Position numbers and translations under genes: made by a program. From an uncultured Gemmataceae bacterium (lineage in GTDB: Bacteria; Planctomycetota; Planctomycetia; Gemmatales; Gemmataceae), in assembly GCA_963750165.1 (NCBI GenBank), contig CAVVPN010000012.1, positions 320,001 to 384,000 of the forward strand: a DNA stretch of 64,000 bases, in the 5' to 3' direction. This document shows, one piece after another, positions 14,630 to 24,458 of this stretch. How positions within the stretch are numbered: the first letter of the stretch is position 1; every line of letters starts with the position of its first letter. The notes below the pieces were generated by a model. The model was not told the origin of the DNA. It ran no database searches and worked only from the letters and a program-made list of their open reading frames with translations.

Positions 14630-15769
14630 ATGAACGAACCAACCCTGCTCATCCCAACCGCCATCGCCGCCAGCATGTTCGCCGGCGTGCTGTTGGCCCT
14701 GCTACCGCGGTTGCCCGGCCTGGTGGCGCCGCAGCTGGGCCGCACGGAGGCGCGCTGGCCCGCCGGGCGGGCAGTCACCCTGCTAGCATTGGTTTTGATG
14801 ATGCTAGTCGCGGGGGTGGGGATCGACAAGTGGGGCGTTCGACAGGTGTTGCTGTCCGGCTTGTTGACGGCCCTGCTTGGGTTGGCCCTGCTCGAACGCT
14901 GCCGCACCAAACCGCTGGCGGCGCTGGCGTGCGCGCTCTGCGGTAGCGCTTCTGGGGCAGTGGTTGTCGCTACCATCCTTCTCGGTTCCAAGAAATTCTA
15001 CGCAGATCACACCGCGGCGTCCACCAACCTCACCTTCGTCTTCCTCACGGGTGGGATGATGGTGACGCCCGGCCTCACCGACTGGCTGACACGGCGGGTC
15101 GGCATTGGCCGGGCGCTACCGCTGCTGGCGCTGCTCGGGCTGGTCCCGGCGACCCTGGCGTGCTTCACACCCGTCAGCGCCTATCCCACCGTGCAGGCGG
15201 AGGAGCACCTCAGCCGGCTGGCGGGTGATCGGCACCTGTGGCTGCTGGCCGGCGGCGTGGTGTGCTACCAGGCCATTGCGGCGTCGCTGCCGGGCTGGAG
15301 CGGCGCCTACGAAAATGAGATGGGGCTGTCGCGGCGGCGGCTCGGCTTTGGGCTGCTGCTCAACCCGGGGCTGTGGTTCATGGTCGGGCAGGTGGCGGCG
15401 ATCCATTGGGTGCCGCCCGACTGGGAACCGGGCATGCTCGCGCTGCTGGCGATCTGTCTGGCCATCCTGATCGGCAACACACTCGGCAACGACCGACCGC
15501 TGAGCGGCATCCTCGGCCTGGTGGTGGCGTTCGCCTGCATCGGGCCGCTGCTGCCGACGCTGCTGGGCCTGGCCGTCAGCCGCTACGCCCAGGGGCAGGC
15601 GACGGTGCTGGGGGCGCTGCTGGCGGTCAACGCGACGGCGGCGGCGCTGCTGGCGCCGACCGGCACCCCAGGGACCGGGCGCGTCCCCGACCGGGTGCCG
15701 GTGCGGCTGTGCCTGAGCGGCGTGCTGCTGCTGGCGCTGATCGCGCTGGCGCTGGGGCTGCTGCGCTGA
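14630..15769 (+). CDS. MFS-like multi-pass membrane transporter
   Basis: about 11-12 hydrophobic segments; G..IDKWG.R resembles MFS motif A. Confidence 0.75.
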   Translation: MNEPTLLIPTAIAASMFAGVLLALLPRLPGLVAPQLGRTEARWPAGRAVTLLALVLMMLVAGVGIDKWGVRQVLLSGLLTALLGLALLERCRTKPLAALACALCGSASGAVVVATILLGSKKFYADHTAASTNLTFVFLTGGMMVTPGLTDWLTRRVGIGRALPLLALLGLVPATLACFTPVSAYPTVQAEEHLSRLAGDRHLWLLAGGVVCYQAIAASLPGWSGAYENEMGLSRRRLGFGLLLNPGLWFMVGQVAAIHWVPPDWEPGMLALLAICLAILIGNTLGNDRPLSGILGLVVAFACIGPLLPTLLGLAVSRYAQGQATVLGALLAVNATAAALLAPTGTPGTGRVPDRVPVRLCLSGVLLLALIALALGLLR

Positions 15770-15857
15770 GCATGCGAACGATCAAGTTTGGTCAAGCCCG
15801 CCCCGTGCCGCGGTCGATGGAGAAAAAGTATCCACCCACGGCGCGAGACCGCTCACC

Positions 15858-16697
15858 ATGTACGAAACGCGATTCGGCCTGCAGCTGCGGCCCTTCGCCG
15901 CCACGCCGGACAGTGCCGGCTATTATCCTGCGACCAGCCATGAACACGCCCTGGCGCGTCTGCGGCACGGCCTGCAGGGCGGCGCCGGCCTGGCGCTGCT
16001 AACCGGGCCGGCCGGCAGCGGCAAAACGCTCCTCGGCCATGTGCTGCTGGAGCAACTCGGCGCCAACGTGAGCAGCGCCTTCATCACCAACACCCACCTG
16101 AACGACCGGATCGACCTGTTCCAGGCGCTGCTGTTCGACCTGGGGCTGCCGCACGAGGGCGGTCGCGAGCAGGTGCTACGGTTGCGGCTGACGGACTTCC
16201 TGCTGCGCAACTTCGCGGCCGGCCGGCGGGCGGTGCTGCTCATCGACGAGGCGCAGCACCTGTCCGCGGACCTGCTGGAGGAACTGCGGCTGCTGGGCAA
16301 CCTGGAGGCCGGCGCCGGCAAGGCGGTTCAGGTGGTGCTGATCGGCCAGGAAGCGCTGGCGGAGCGGCTGGGCCAGCCGGAACTGGCGGCGCTGCAGCAG
16401 CGTCTGACGGTGCGGGCCCACCTGGACGCGCTCGCCGCGGAAGAGGCGGCGGATTACCTGCGTCACCAGATCCGCCGCGCCGGTGGTCAGCCGGAACTGC
16501 TGTTCAGCGACGAGGCGCTGACCCTGCTGGGCCGCCAGACGCACGGACTGCCCCGGCTGCTGAACCACGCCGGCCAGCAGGCGCTGGAGCTGGCCGACGC
16601 TGCCGAGGCCACGCAGGTGGATTTCGAGGTCGCCCTGGAGGCGCTGGCAGCGCTGGGGCTGATGGCCGAAGCGGGCGAGGTGGACGCGGCCGCCTGA
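15858..16697 (+). CDS. ExeA/GspA-family AAA ATPase
   Basis: MYETRFGL..RPF..TPD, GPAGSGKT, IDEAQ, LIGQ..L, T.G.PRLLN. Confidence 0.9.
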   Translation: MYETRFGLQLRPFAATPDSAGYYPATSHEHALARLRHGLQGGAGLALLTGPAGSGKTLLGHVLLEQLGANVSSAFITNTHLNDRIDLFQALLFDLGLPHEGGREQVLRLRLTDFLLRNFAAGRRAVLLIDEAQHLSADLLEELRLLGNLEAGAGKAVQVVLIGQEALAERLGQPELAALQQRLTVRAHLDALAAEEAADYLRHQIRRAGGQPELLFSDEALTLLGRQTHGLPRLLNHAGQQALELADAAEATQVDFEVALEALAALGLMAEAGEVDAAA

Positions 16698-16719
16698 TGG
16701 CCGTGCAGGAGACGCGAAC

Positions 16720-17657
16720 ATGGGCAGGATGCTGGACACACTGAAGCGCGCCGACTGGCCCTCCGTGGAGCCGCCGTCACCCCCCGCCGTGCTGGCCGCG
16801 GGCGGCGAGGAGACGCCCGTTGAGGAGATGCCGTTCATTGAGGTTGGCGGCTCTGGCCCGCGGGTGGAGGCGTCGCCGTCCGTGTGGATCACCAACCCCG
16901 GCCGCGTGCCAGCCGAGCCGCCGGCCGTGGCGAAGCCGGCCTTGCAGACGCCGACGCCGCGCACCGTCATGCTGACGCCGCGACCGCCGCTGAGCGTCGC
17001 ACTGCAGAGCACCCTTCCCGCCGCGCTTCCCCGGCCGCGCCTGGCTGCGGAAATCATCGCCTTCCACGAACCGGAGCACGCCGTCAGCCGGCAGTATCGA
17101 GATTTGCTCGCGGCCATCCTCGCCGAGGTCGGTGGCGACGGCCGGGCGCTGCTGTTCACCGCGCTGACGCCCGGCGCCGGCGCCAGCACGGCCGTGCTTA
17201 ACCTGGCGGTGTGCGCGGCGGCCGACCCGCGCCGCCAGGTCATCGTCGTGGACGCCAACCTGCAGCGGCCCGTCCTGGCGAAGCGCCTGGGGCTGGCCGC
17301 CGGGCCGGGACTGCAGGAAGTGCTGAGCGGCACCGCGGCGCTGGAGCAGGTCATTCAGACGACAGCACAGGAGCGCTTGCACGCTCTGGCCGCAGGTGCC
17401 GGCACGGGTCGTCAGACGCTGCTCAGCGGCGCCGCCAGCGACTGGGTGCTGCGCTGGCTGCGCGAGCGCTACGACCTGGTGCTGCTCGACGGGGCGCCGT
17501 GGCAACAGGGCGGCCCGTTGGCGGACCTGGCTGCCGGCGCAGACGCGGTGTATCTGGTGCTGGCGGAGGGGCAGGCTGAGCAACCGGCCGTGCGCGCGCG
17601 CAGCGGCGACTCGCGGAGGTCGGGGCGCGGCTGGGTGGGATGATTGTGACAAAATGA
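16720..17657 (+). CDS. CpsD/CapB-like P-loop protein with degenerate Walker A; frameshift near 17597
   Basis: SRQYRDL, FTA..PGAGAST..LNLA, VVDANLQRP, YDLVLLD; shifted tail reads AQRRLAEVGARLGGMIVTK*. Confidence 0.8.
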
Positions 17658-17932
17658 AGCGCTCGTGGTGCAGGCGTCGCGCCTGCTGCAATCCGGCGCG
17701 GTGCAGGCGTCTCGTCTGCACCGCGCCGGATTCTTTTCGCGCGGGCCGTGGAGGCATTGGGGCGTTCAGGAGACTTTGATTGTAGCTGTTGCAGAATCCG
17801 AGGGTAGTGGCACAGTTTCCGCTTAAGGCATCTTGTAAATCGGGCCGCCGGGGTTCCTTTTCTGGAAATCCTGGGCCGTCGTGCTACAATCGCTTTTATC
17901 CACCAAGCACGGCCTGACCGGGAACGCGCCGC

Positions 17933-18703
17933 ATGAACCTCGTCCGCCTTGACCGCCTTGACCGCGACACCCTCCGCCACCACATCCGCACCGGCATGCC
18001 GGCCCTCTTGCCCGGCTTCACCCGTTCCTGGCCGGCCCACGGCAAGTGGACGCCGGAGTACCTCGCCGCGGCCTGCGACGGTCGCCCGATCCGCGTCAGC
18101 CACTATCCCGACGGCAAGCACTGCGCCGGCACCGTGCCCATGACCGTCCGCGACTACCTGGACCGGATCGTGCGCGCCGGCGGCTCCGAGCGCTATTACA
18201 TGGAGACGAACCGGCTCCGCGAACTGTCGCCGGAGTTGTACGCGGACCTGCGCTTCCCGGACTACCTGGACGAGTTGCCCGACTGCGCGGACTTCGTGTT
18301 CTTCGGCAAGGACACCGGCAGCCGCTGCCACATCCATCCGCACGCCGAGGCCGTCGTGTTGCAGTTGCTGGGCCGCAAGACGTTCCACCTGTTCCATCCG
18401 TCGGACGTGGACAACCTCTACTTCCGGCCGATTTATCAGGAGTTCTTCACCAGCCGTGTGGACTTCAGCAACCTCGACCTGCAAAAATTCCCGCTGGCGC
18501 GCAAGGTCCGGCCGATCCCGGTGGTGCTGGAGGCCGGCGACGCGCTGTACCTGCCGGTCCACTGGCCGCACTGGACGCTGGGCGACGGCGTCAACTTCAC
18601 GCTGACGCGCTTCAGCACCGCCAGCGTGCGGCAGTACCGTTTTCCGTTTCCGGGGTTGAACTGCCTGGCGGACCGGCTGGTGCGCGGCGTCCAGAGCTAC
18701 TGA
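17933..18703 (+). CDS. JmjC/cupin-like domain protein
   Basis: WPA..KWT..YL, HIHPH, QLLGRK, LEAGDALYLP.HW.H. Confidence 0.85.
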   Translation: MNLVRLDRLDRDTLRHHIRTGMPALLPGFTRSWPAHGKWTPEYLAAACDGRPIRVSHYPDGKHCAGTVPMTVRDYLDRIVRAGGSERYYMETNRLRELSPELYADLRFPDYLDELPDCADFVFFGKDTGSRCHIHPHAEAVVLQLLGRKTFHLFHPSDVDNLYFRPIYQEFFTSRVDFSNLDLQKFPLARKVRPIPVVLEAGDALYLPVHWPHWTLGDGVNFTLTRFSTASVRQYRFPFPGLNCLADRLVRGVQSY

Positions 18704-18801
18704 CCTGGCTTCGACGAAACCTGGGAATAAACTTGGAGGAGTTGGGTCATTCATACACCCAATATCTCGGGACCGGTTGAACGTGAGCATTTTTTGAGGA
18801 G

Positions 18802-19314
18802 ATGTGGATGAAGCGCTTTGGCGTGGCGTTGCTACCGCTGACGGCCCTGCTTTTCGCCTTCGGCTGCCAGCAGGGGGACAAGGACAAGAAGGACAAGGAG
18901 CAGCCGGCCGCGAAGGCCGACATCGACCTCATTCAGGGCACCTGGAAGGTGGTGTCGGCGGAACTGAACGGTGAAACGGTACCGGCCGACAAGAAGGATC
19001 AAACCATCGTCATCAGCAGCAAAGACTTCACCTGGAAGTCCGATGGGAAGGAGAGCCCGCTGAAGCCGCCGTCGCCCTACAAACTGTACTCCGCGAAGTC
19101 TCCGAAGGAAATCGACCTCGAAGTGGCCACCAAGCATAACATCCAGGACAAGAAAATCAGCCACGACACCCATACCCAAAAGGGCCTGTACGAACTGGAT
19201 GGTGATTCGCTGAAGATCTGCATGCCGATGGACGAGGGCGCTCAGCGCCCCACCGAGTTCACCGCCAAGAAGGATTCCAAACAACTGGTTTGGGTGCTCA
19301 AGCGCGCGAGCTGA
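18802..19314 (+). CDS. TIGR03067-like planctomycete lipoprotein
   Basis: lipobox AFGC; QGTWKVVS...PKEIDL...GLYELDGDSLKIC...RPTEF...LKR. Confidence 0.85.
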   Translation: MWMKRFGVALLPLTALLFAFGCQQGDKDKKDKEQPAAKADIDLIQGTWKVVSAELNGETVPADKKDQTIVISSKDFTWKSDGKESPLKPPSPYKLYSAKSPKEIDLEVATKHNIQDKKISHDTHTQKGLYELDGDSLKICMPMDEGAQRPTEFTAKKDSKQLVWVLKRAS

Positions 19315-19339
19315 CCCGAAGCACCGGCGTCGCACCAGC

Positions 19340-19376
19340 CGATCGGCGGCCCCGCACCGGGCCGCCGATCGCTTTT
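19340..19376 (+). terminator. probable intrinsic terminator
   Basis: CGATCGGCGGCCC/GGGCCGCCGATCG stem followed by CTTTT. Confidence 0.55.
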
Positions 19377-19462
19377 CGCCTACTTGCGTCCGGCCCACGC
19401 TGCGGGTACAACAGAGTCGTTCCCCCCCGACTCTCCCACCCGTTTCGCGAAAGGGCACGCGC

Positions 19463-20902
19463 ATGGCCAAAATGTCCCGCCGTCGTTTCCTCAAAGGTTC
19501 CCTCGCCGCCGCCGCGTCGATCACCATCGCCGGCACCAAGTCGTCCGGCCGCGTCCTCGGCGCCAACGAAGTCCTCCGCATCGGCGTCGCCGGCCTGCAC
19601 GGCCGCGGCGGCGCCCACGTCAACGCCTTCTCCGGTATGCGGGACGTGCAGGTGACGTACCTCATCGACCCGGACACGCGCACCTTCGGCGGCCGCGCCA
19701 AAACCGTGCAGAAGAACGGCGGCAACGTGCCGCGCACCGTTCAGGACGTGCGCACCGCCCTGGAGGATCGCAACCTCGACGCCATCTCCATCGCAACGCC
19801 GAACCACTGGCACGCACTGATGACCATCTGGGCCTGCCAGGCCGGCAAGCACGTCTACGTCGAGAAGCCGTGCAGCCACAACGTCCACGAGGGCCGCGTC
19901 GCCGTGGAGACGGCCCGGCGGCACAACGTCATCGTGCAGCACGGCACGCAGAGCCGCAGCGGCGGCAACTGGGCGCAGGTGATCGCGGTCGTCCGCTCCG
20001 GCAAACTCGGCCGATTGCTCGTGTCCCGTGCCCTGTGCTACAAGCCGCGCGGCACCATCGGCGTGCGGCCCAACGGTCAGCCGCCCAAGGAGGTCAATTT
20101 CGACCTCTGGCTCGGGCCGGCACAGACACGGCCGTTCCACGCCAATTTGGTGCATTACAACTGGCACTGGTTCTGGGATTTCGGCAACGGCGACATCGGC
20201 AACCAGGGCGTTCACCAGATGGACATCGCCCGCTGGGGCATCGCCAACGCCACCCTGCCGCGCAGCGTCATCAGCGTCGGCGGCCGCTTCGGCTACACCG
20301 ACCAGGGCGAGACGCCCAACACGCAGATATCCATCTTCGACTTTGGCGCAACGCAGCTGATCTTTGAGGTGCGCGGCCTGCGCACGGAGCGCTACCGCGG
20401 CCAGATGATCGGCAATCTGTTCCATCTGGAAGGCGGCACCATCGCCGGCAATCAGTTCTTCCCGAAGGAGGGCGGCAAACCGGTGGCGTTGCCGAAGGTG
20501 GCGCCGCTGCCGCGCGGCCCGGGCGGCGGCGATCACTTCGCCAACTTCATCGCCGCGGTGCGCAGCCGGCGGGTGCAGAACCTCAACGCGGACATCCTGG
20601 AGGGGCACTTCTCCGCCGCCCTGTGCCACCTGGCGAACGTGTCGTACCGCCTCGGCGAGAACACGACGTTCAACCCACGCACCAAGGCGTTCGGCGACAA
20701 CAAGCAGGCGTATGAGACGCTGGCGCGGATGGAGTCGCACCTGACCGGCAACGGCCTGAAACTGGATGGGCTGCGCTACCGCGTCGGCCGCCGGCTGACC
20801 ATCGACCCGAAGACGGAGCGCGTCTCGAACGATGCCCAGGCCAACGCGCTGCTGACGCGGCAGTATCGCAAGCCGTTCATCGTGCCGGAGCGGGCGGGGT
20901 GA
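19463..20902 (+). CDS. Tat-exported Gfo/Idh/MocA oxidoreductase
   Basis: SRRRFLK Tat motif; ATPNHWH, GKHVYVEKP, NQGVHQMD. Confidence 0.92.
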   Translation: MAKMSRRRFLKGSLAAAASITIAGTKSSGRVLGANEVLRIGVAGLHGRGGAHVNAFSGMRDVQVTYLIDPDTRTFGGRAKTVQKNGGNVPRTVQDVRTALEDRNLDAISIATPNHWHALMTIWACQAGKHVYVEKPCSHNVHEGRVAVETARRHNVIVQHGTQSRSGGNWAQVIAVVRSGKLGRLLVSRALCYKPRGTIGVRPNGQPPKEVNFDLWLGPAQTRPFHANLVHYNWHWFWDFGNGDIGNQGVHQMDIARWGIANATLPRSVISVGGRFGYTDQGETPNTQISIFDFGATQLIFEVRGLRTERYRGQMIGNLFHLEGGTIAGNQFFPKEGGKPVALPKVAPLPRGPGGGDHFANFIAAVRSRRVQNLNADILEGHFSAALCHLANVSYRLGENTTFNPRTKAFGDNKQAYETLARMESHLTGNGLKLDGLRYRVGRRLTIDPKTERVSNDAQANALLTRQYRKPFIVPERAG

Positions 20903-20913
20903 GAAATGCAGAA

Positions 20914-20950
20914 CCCGAGCGCCAGCGCGGGCCCCGCGCTGGCGCTCGGG
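20914..20950. repeat. REP-like palindrome between convergent genes
   Basis: CCCGAGCGCCAGCGCGGG-C-CCCGCGCTGGCGCTCGGG. Confidence 0.75.
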
Positions 20951-20971
20951 CTCCGAAATCGGGCTCAGCAA

Positions 20972-21781
20972 TCAGTCCACCGTCAGCACTCGGAGCGGGA
21001 ACGACGTTTTCGCGGTCTTGCCGCAGATTTCGCAGGTCGCGGACACCTCGATGGTGTAGCGGCCGACGCGGTTGAGCGTGATCGGGAACTGCGCCGGGAT
21101 CACCTTCAGGTCGGGCGGCACGTCCTCTCTCGCCTTGCCGGGGATCGGCCTCGGCATCGTGTCCTTGCCGTTCTCGTCCAGGATGCGCATGCGCAGGCTG
21201 ACGTTCGGCAGTTTCTGGCCGGTCTTCTCGCGGGCGAACCCGGCCACCGAGACGTTGAGGTACAGCGACTCGCCCACCGTCGCCACCGGGGAGATTGGCA
21301 GGCGGCCCTCCGGATCCAGCGACGTGCCGACCATCACCAGGCCAAAGTTGGCCGGCAGCACCTGCACCTGCTGCTTGATGGACTGGCGGGCCTTCGTCGC
21401 CTTGTCCTCCACGGTCACCGTGAGGGTGTAGGTGCCGGGCGGGAAGTCCGGCGGGATGTACTGCGTGGCAATCGCGGACACGGAGTTGCCGCCCAGGTAA
21501 TTCCGGCTCGGGGCGGTGCGCGGCGGTTGCTTGTACAGCGACTTGCCGGCGGCGTCCGTCAACTCCATGCTGACCGCGAACGTCGCCGTGCCGTCCTTGT
21601 CGAAGGAGATGTTCTTCAGGTCGTAGGCCAGGATGATCAGATCGCCCGGCAGGTATTTGGCGTCGGCGCGCTTCGGGCCGAAGAAGCCGAAGGTCAGGCG
21701 CTGGTTGGCGATCGTCAGCGTTTGCCCCTGCGCCAGCGCCGGCCAGGCGGCCAGCACCAGCAGGGCTACCGTCTTCCACAT
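20972..21781 (-). CDS. secreted protein with two beta-sandwich-like repeats
   Basis: signal peptide; repeated G.Y.(L/I).V...(D/C) strands. Confidence 0.8.
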   Translation of the reverse strand: MWKTVALLVLAAWPALAQGQTLTIANQRLTFGFFGPKRADAKYLPGDLIILAYDLKNISFDKDGTATFAVSMELTDAAGKSLYKQPPRTAPSRNYLGGNSVSAIATQYIPPDFPPGTYTLTVTVEDKATKARQSIKQQVQVLPANFGLVMVGTSLDPEGRLPISPVATVGESLYLNVSVAGFAREKTGQKLPNVSLRMRILDENGKDTMPRPIPGKAREDVPPDLKVIPAQFPITLNRVGRYTIEVSATCEICGKTAKTSFPLRVLTVD

Positions 21782-21808
21782 GGGTGGTTCGTCCTTCTGA
21801 GTTGAAGC

Positions 21809-22885
21809 TTACGGGTTCTTGCCATAGTTCCGTTCCGCGACGGTCGAGCCCACGCGCAGGCGGAACGACGCCTGCGCGCCGCCGTGCGACGCCGTGGCAT
21901 ACTGCTGTAAGGCGCTTTGCAGCGCGAAGTACGCATCCTCGTTGCCCGGCTGCGCCGGCGCGAACTTCAGGCCCCTCGTTGTCATGTTCAGCACCAGTTC
22001 ATCGACGGTGTTCCCACGGGCCGCGTAGGTGCCGTTGAAGTACTTGGAGGCGTTCGGTGACTTCAGCAGCGCCACTGAGCCGTTCAGGCTGTCAATGAAG
22101 CGCTTGCCCTCCAGGAACGCCGAGCCGTCGATCTCCTCCTTGTGGAACTGCGTGCGCAGATCCTCGAAGATGGTGTTGATCTTGCCGGTGATCTGGTTGT
22201 ACAACTTCGGCGTCATTTTATTCTGCGCTGCCAGGTTCACGGCCTGTTGCAGCAACGGGTCGAGTTCCTCTTGCATCGAACCGCGCAGCGGGAATGGCCA
22301 GGTGACCTTGCCGCCATCCTTGAGGACACCGGCGCCGGCGGTCGCGATGCCGGAGCTGACGTTGATCTGCTTGAGCAGTTCCTGATCCAGGGGCACCGGC
22401 GGCCCGCCTGAGTGGCTGTTCTGCGCCACCTGGCTGAGGAACGGCAGCAGTGTGTTGAAGGCGCTGCCGCTGGTCACCTCGGCCGGCAGCGGGTTGTTGA
22501 TGAGGCGGCGTATCTTTAGCGCCTCGTTCTTTTCCAGCTTCTCGGTGAAGCTCTCGGTGTTCTCGCGCTCGTACTTCATCTCGTCGAAGGTCTGGCGCTT
22601 GGTGACGAGCTTGGCCTGCTCGGCCTGTTCGCGCATAATGCGGGCCTGTTCGGACTGCAGGCCAAGGTTGCCGTAGGCGTCCATGACCGTGGCCTGGCCC
22701 TGCAAGGCGTTGCCATAGCCGGTCAGGTAGCCGTAGCCGCGGCCGTAGATGCCGTTGGGGTAGCGGCCGCCGTAGATGCCAGGGTTGCCGTAGCCGTACT
22801 GAGCGCGGGCACCGGCGGCGGTCCCGCCGAGCAGCAGCAGGGCCGCGACACAGCACAACGGCCAGCGAGAGGGCAAGCGAGTCAT
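21809..22885 (-). CDS. secreted hypothetical protein (Gly/Tyr-rich N-terminus, helical body)
   Basis: signal peptide ending ARA-Q; YGYG-rich segment; EVTSG.A.N.LL; GLKFAPA. Confidence 0.8.
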   Translation of the reverse strand: MTRLPSRWPLCCVAALLLLGGTAAGARAQYGYGNPGIYGGRYPNGIYGRGYGYLTGYGNALQGQATVMDAYGNLGLQSEQARIMREQAEQAKLVTKRQTFDEMKYERENTESFTEKLEKNEALKIRRLINNPLPAEVTSGSAFNTLLPFLSQVAQNSHSGGPPVPLDQELLKQINVSSGIATAGAGVLKDGGKVTWPFPLRGSMQEELDPLLQQAVNLAAQNKMTPKLYNQITGKINTIFEDLRTQFHKEEIDGSAFLEGKRFIDSLNGSVALLKSPNASKYFNGTYAARGNTVDELVLNMTTRGLKFAPAQPGNEDAYFALQSALQQYATASHGGAQASFRLRVGSTVAERNYGKNP

Positions 22886-22898
22886 GAGCACCTCGTGG

Positions 22899-23018
22899 TT
22901 AGTCATTAGTCATTAGTCATTAGTCATTAGTCATTAGTCATTAGTTGTAGATAGATGGTTGCCAGGCGCTCAAACTCAACTGGGTCCAACTAATGACTAA
23001 TGACTAATGACTAATGAC
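22899..23018. repeat. inverted heptamer arrays (TTAGTCA)x6 ... (TAATGAC)x4
   Basis: directly visible tandem repeats in opposite orientation. Confidence 0.92.
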
Positions 23019-23025
23019 TCTTTGG

Positions 23026-24347
23026 TTATTTCTTCTCCGATGTCCTGGCTTCGGGCCGCGGCGGCAGCTGCCCCGCGGGGATCAGCGCCCGCCATTGCTC
23101 GACAGCTTTCTGCCGCTGCGCCTCCGGAGCCGCGGCGTCGTAACCGATCTTCTTGCCCGCCGGCGCCAACCGCACCAGATGCCAGCGCGCCACCTCGCGC
23201 ACCGCCACCTTGCTGTGCTCCAGCAGTTTGATCAGCACCTCGTACGTCGCCGGCTCGCGGCGCTGCTGGTCGGTCGGCCCGTACAGCAAATGGATCAGCG
23301 TCTTGGCCTGCACGGGCGTGTACTTGCGCTCCTTCATGAGCGTGGCGAACACCTTTTCCGTCTGGCCGGGCTCGTGGCCCATCCAGTTGCGCAACACCGT
23401 GACGGTGTAGTCGCGCAGGTCGGCATTCTTCGGGTCGGACAGGCAGGCTGAGCACATTCGGCAGGTCGTCGAGGGCGGCGTACACCACCGCGGCCGCCCG
23501 GGCTTCCTTCTCCCTGGGGCTGGCGCGATACTCCTTCAATAACTTGTCGATCGGCTCCTTGTTCAGCCGGGCGGCGCGGGCGCAGACATCCTTGTAATAT
23601 TTCTCCTCCTCCGGCCCGCTCGGCAGGATGGAGGGGAGCAACTTCTCCAGGTGTCTGATCGTGATTTTGTTGGCGACGTTGTCCCAGCTGACGAAGGCAG
23701 GCCCCGGCGGCGCCCTCAGCGGATAGTCAATGCCCTCGTGCCGCAACAGGGCCTCGCCTTCGCGGACGCTCACCACCAGGTCGATCGTCGGCTGATCCTT
23801 GCACGTGACCTTGCCGGCCCTGTCCACGGCGACGGTCGGGGCGCCCGGCGGGTGCCGGCCGAACACCTCCAGGCCCACGGTCGTGCCGGGCTTTTGCAGT
23901 ACCAGGTCGAACGTCTTGCCCGCGACATGCACGCGCACCATCGCGGGGCCCTTGCGCGCAGGTTGCGCACGCCGAAGGCGCCGCGCTCCTGGGTCACGTC
24001 CAGGTCGAACTTGAGGTTATCGTGGATCTTGACGGCCGACTCGAAGACGGGGAACGGGCCGCGCTTGCCGAGGTCGGCCACCATTTTCATCAGGACGTGG
24101 CCGTTCCTGGAAACGATCTCGGCGTCTGGCAGCGCCACCAGCAGCGCGTTGGTGGGCACGCCATCGCCGGCCTTCAGTGGCTGCCAGGCGCTGCCCGGTT
24201 TGTGGCTGAGCAGGGCGCCGTCCACTTTCAGAATTTTGGCGACCGCCGGGCCGCCCTGGGCGCGGCCGGCGCGGTCAGCGCCACCGGCAGCACCGCCAGC
24301 AGCACCGCGGCCAGGCGGGCTGAATGCAATCGGGTGCGGTGAAACAT
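23026..24347 (-). CDS. secreted hypothetical protein split over frames (shifts near 24270, 23955, 23448)
   Basis: MFHRTRLHSARLAAVLLAVLPVAL signal; RAQGGPAVAK..., MVRVHVAG..., CLSDPKNAD... segments join; C-terminal HEAT-like helices. Confidence 0.65.
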
Positions 24348-24458
24348 GCGGTATCCCTTTGCTCCGTGATCGGGCGCCAGCGAACGCTGGCGTAGGTTTG
24401 TTATAGCGGTATCGGTGGCGAATTACCAGTAATTCCCGATTGCCGTAATGCAGGCGGG

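Noticed and set aside
22899..23018. Heptamer arrays or the attC series as a CRISPR array
   Set aside because: No identical 23-47-bp repeats with unique regular spacers and no cas genes.
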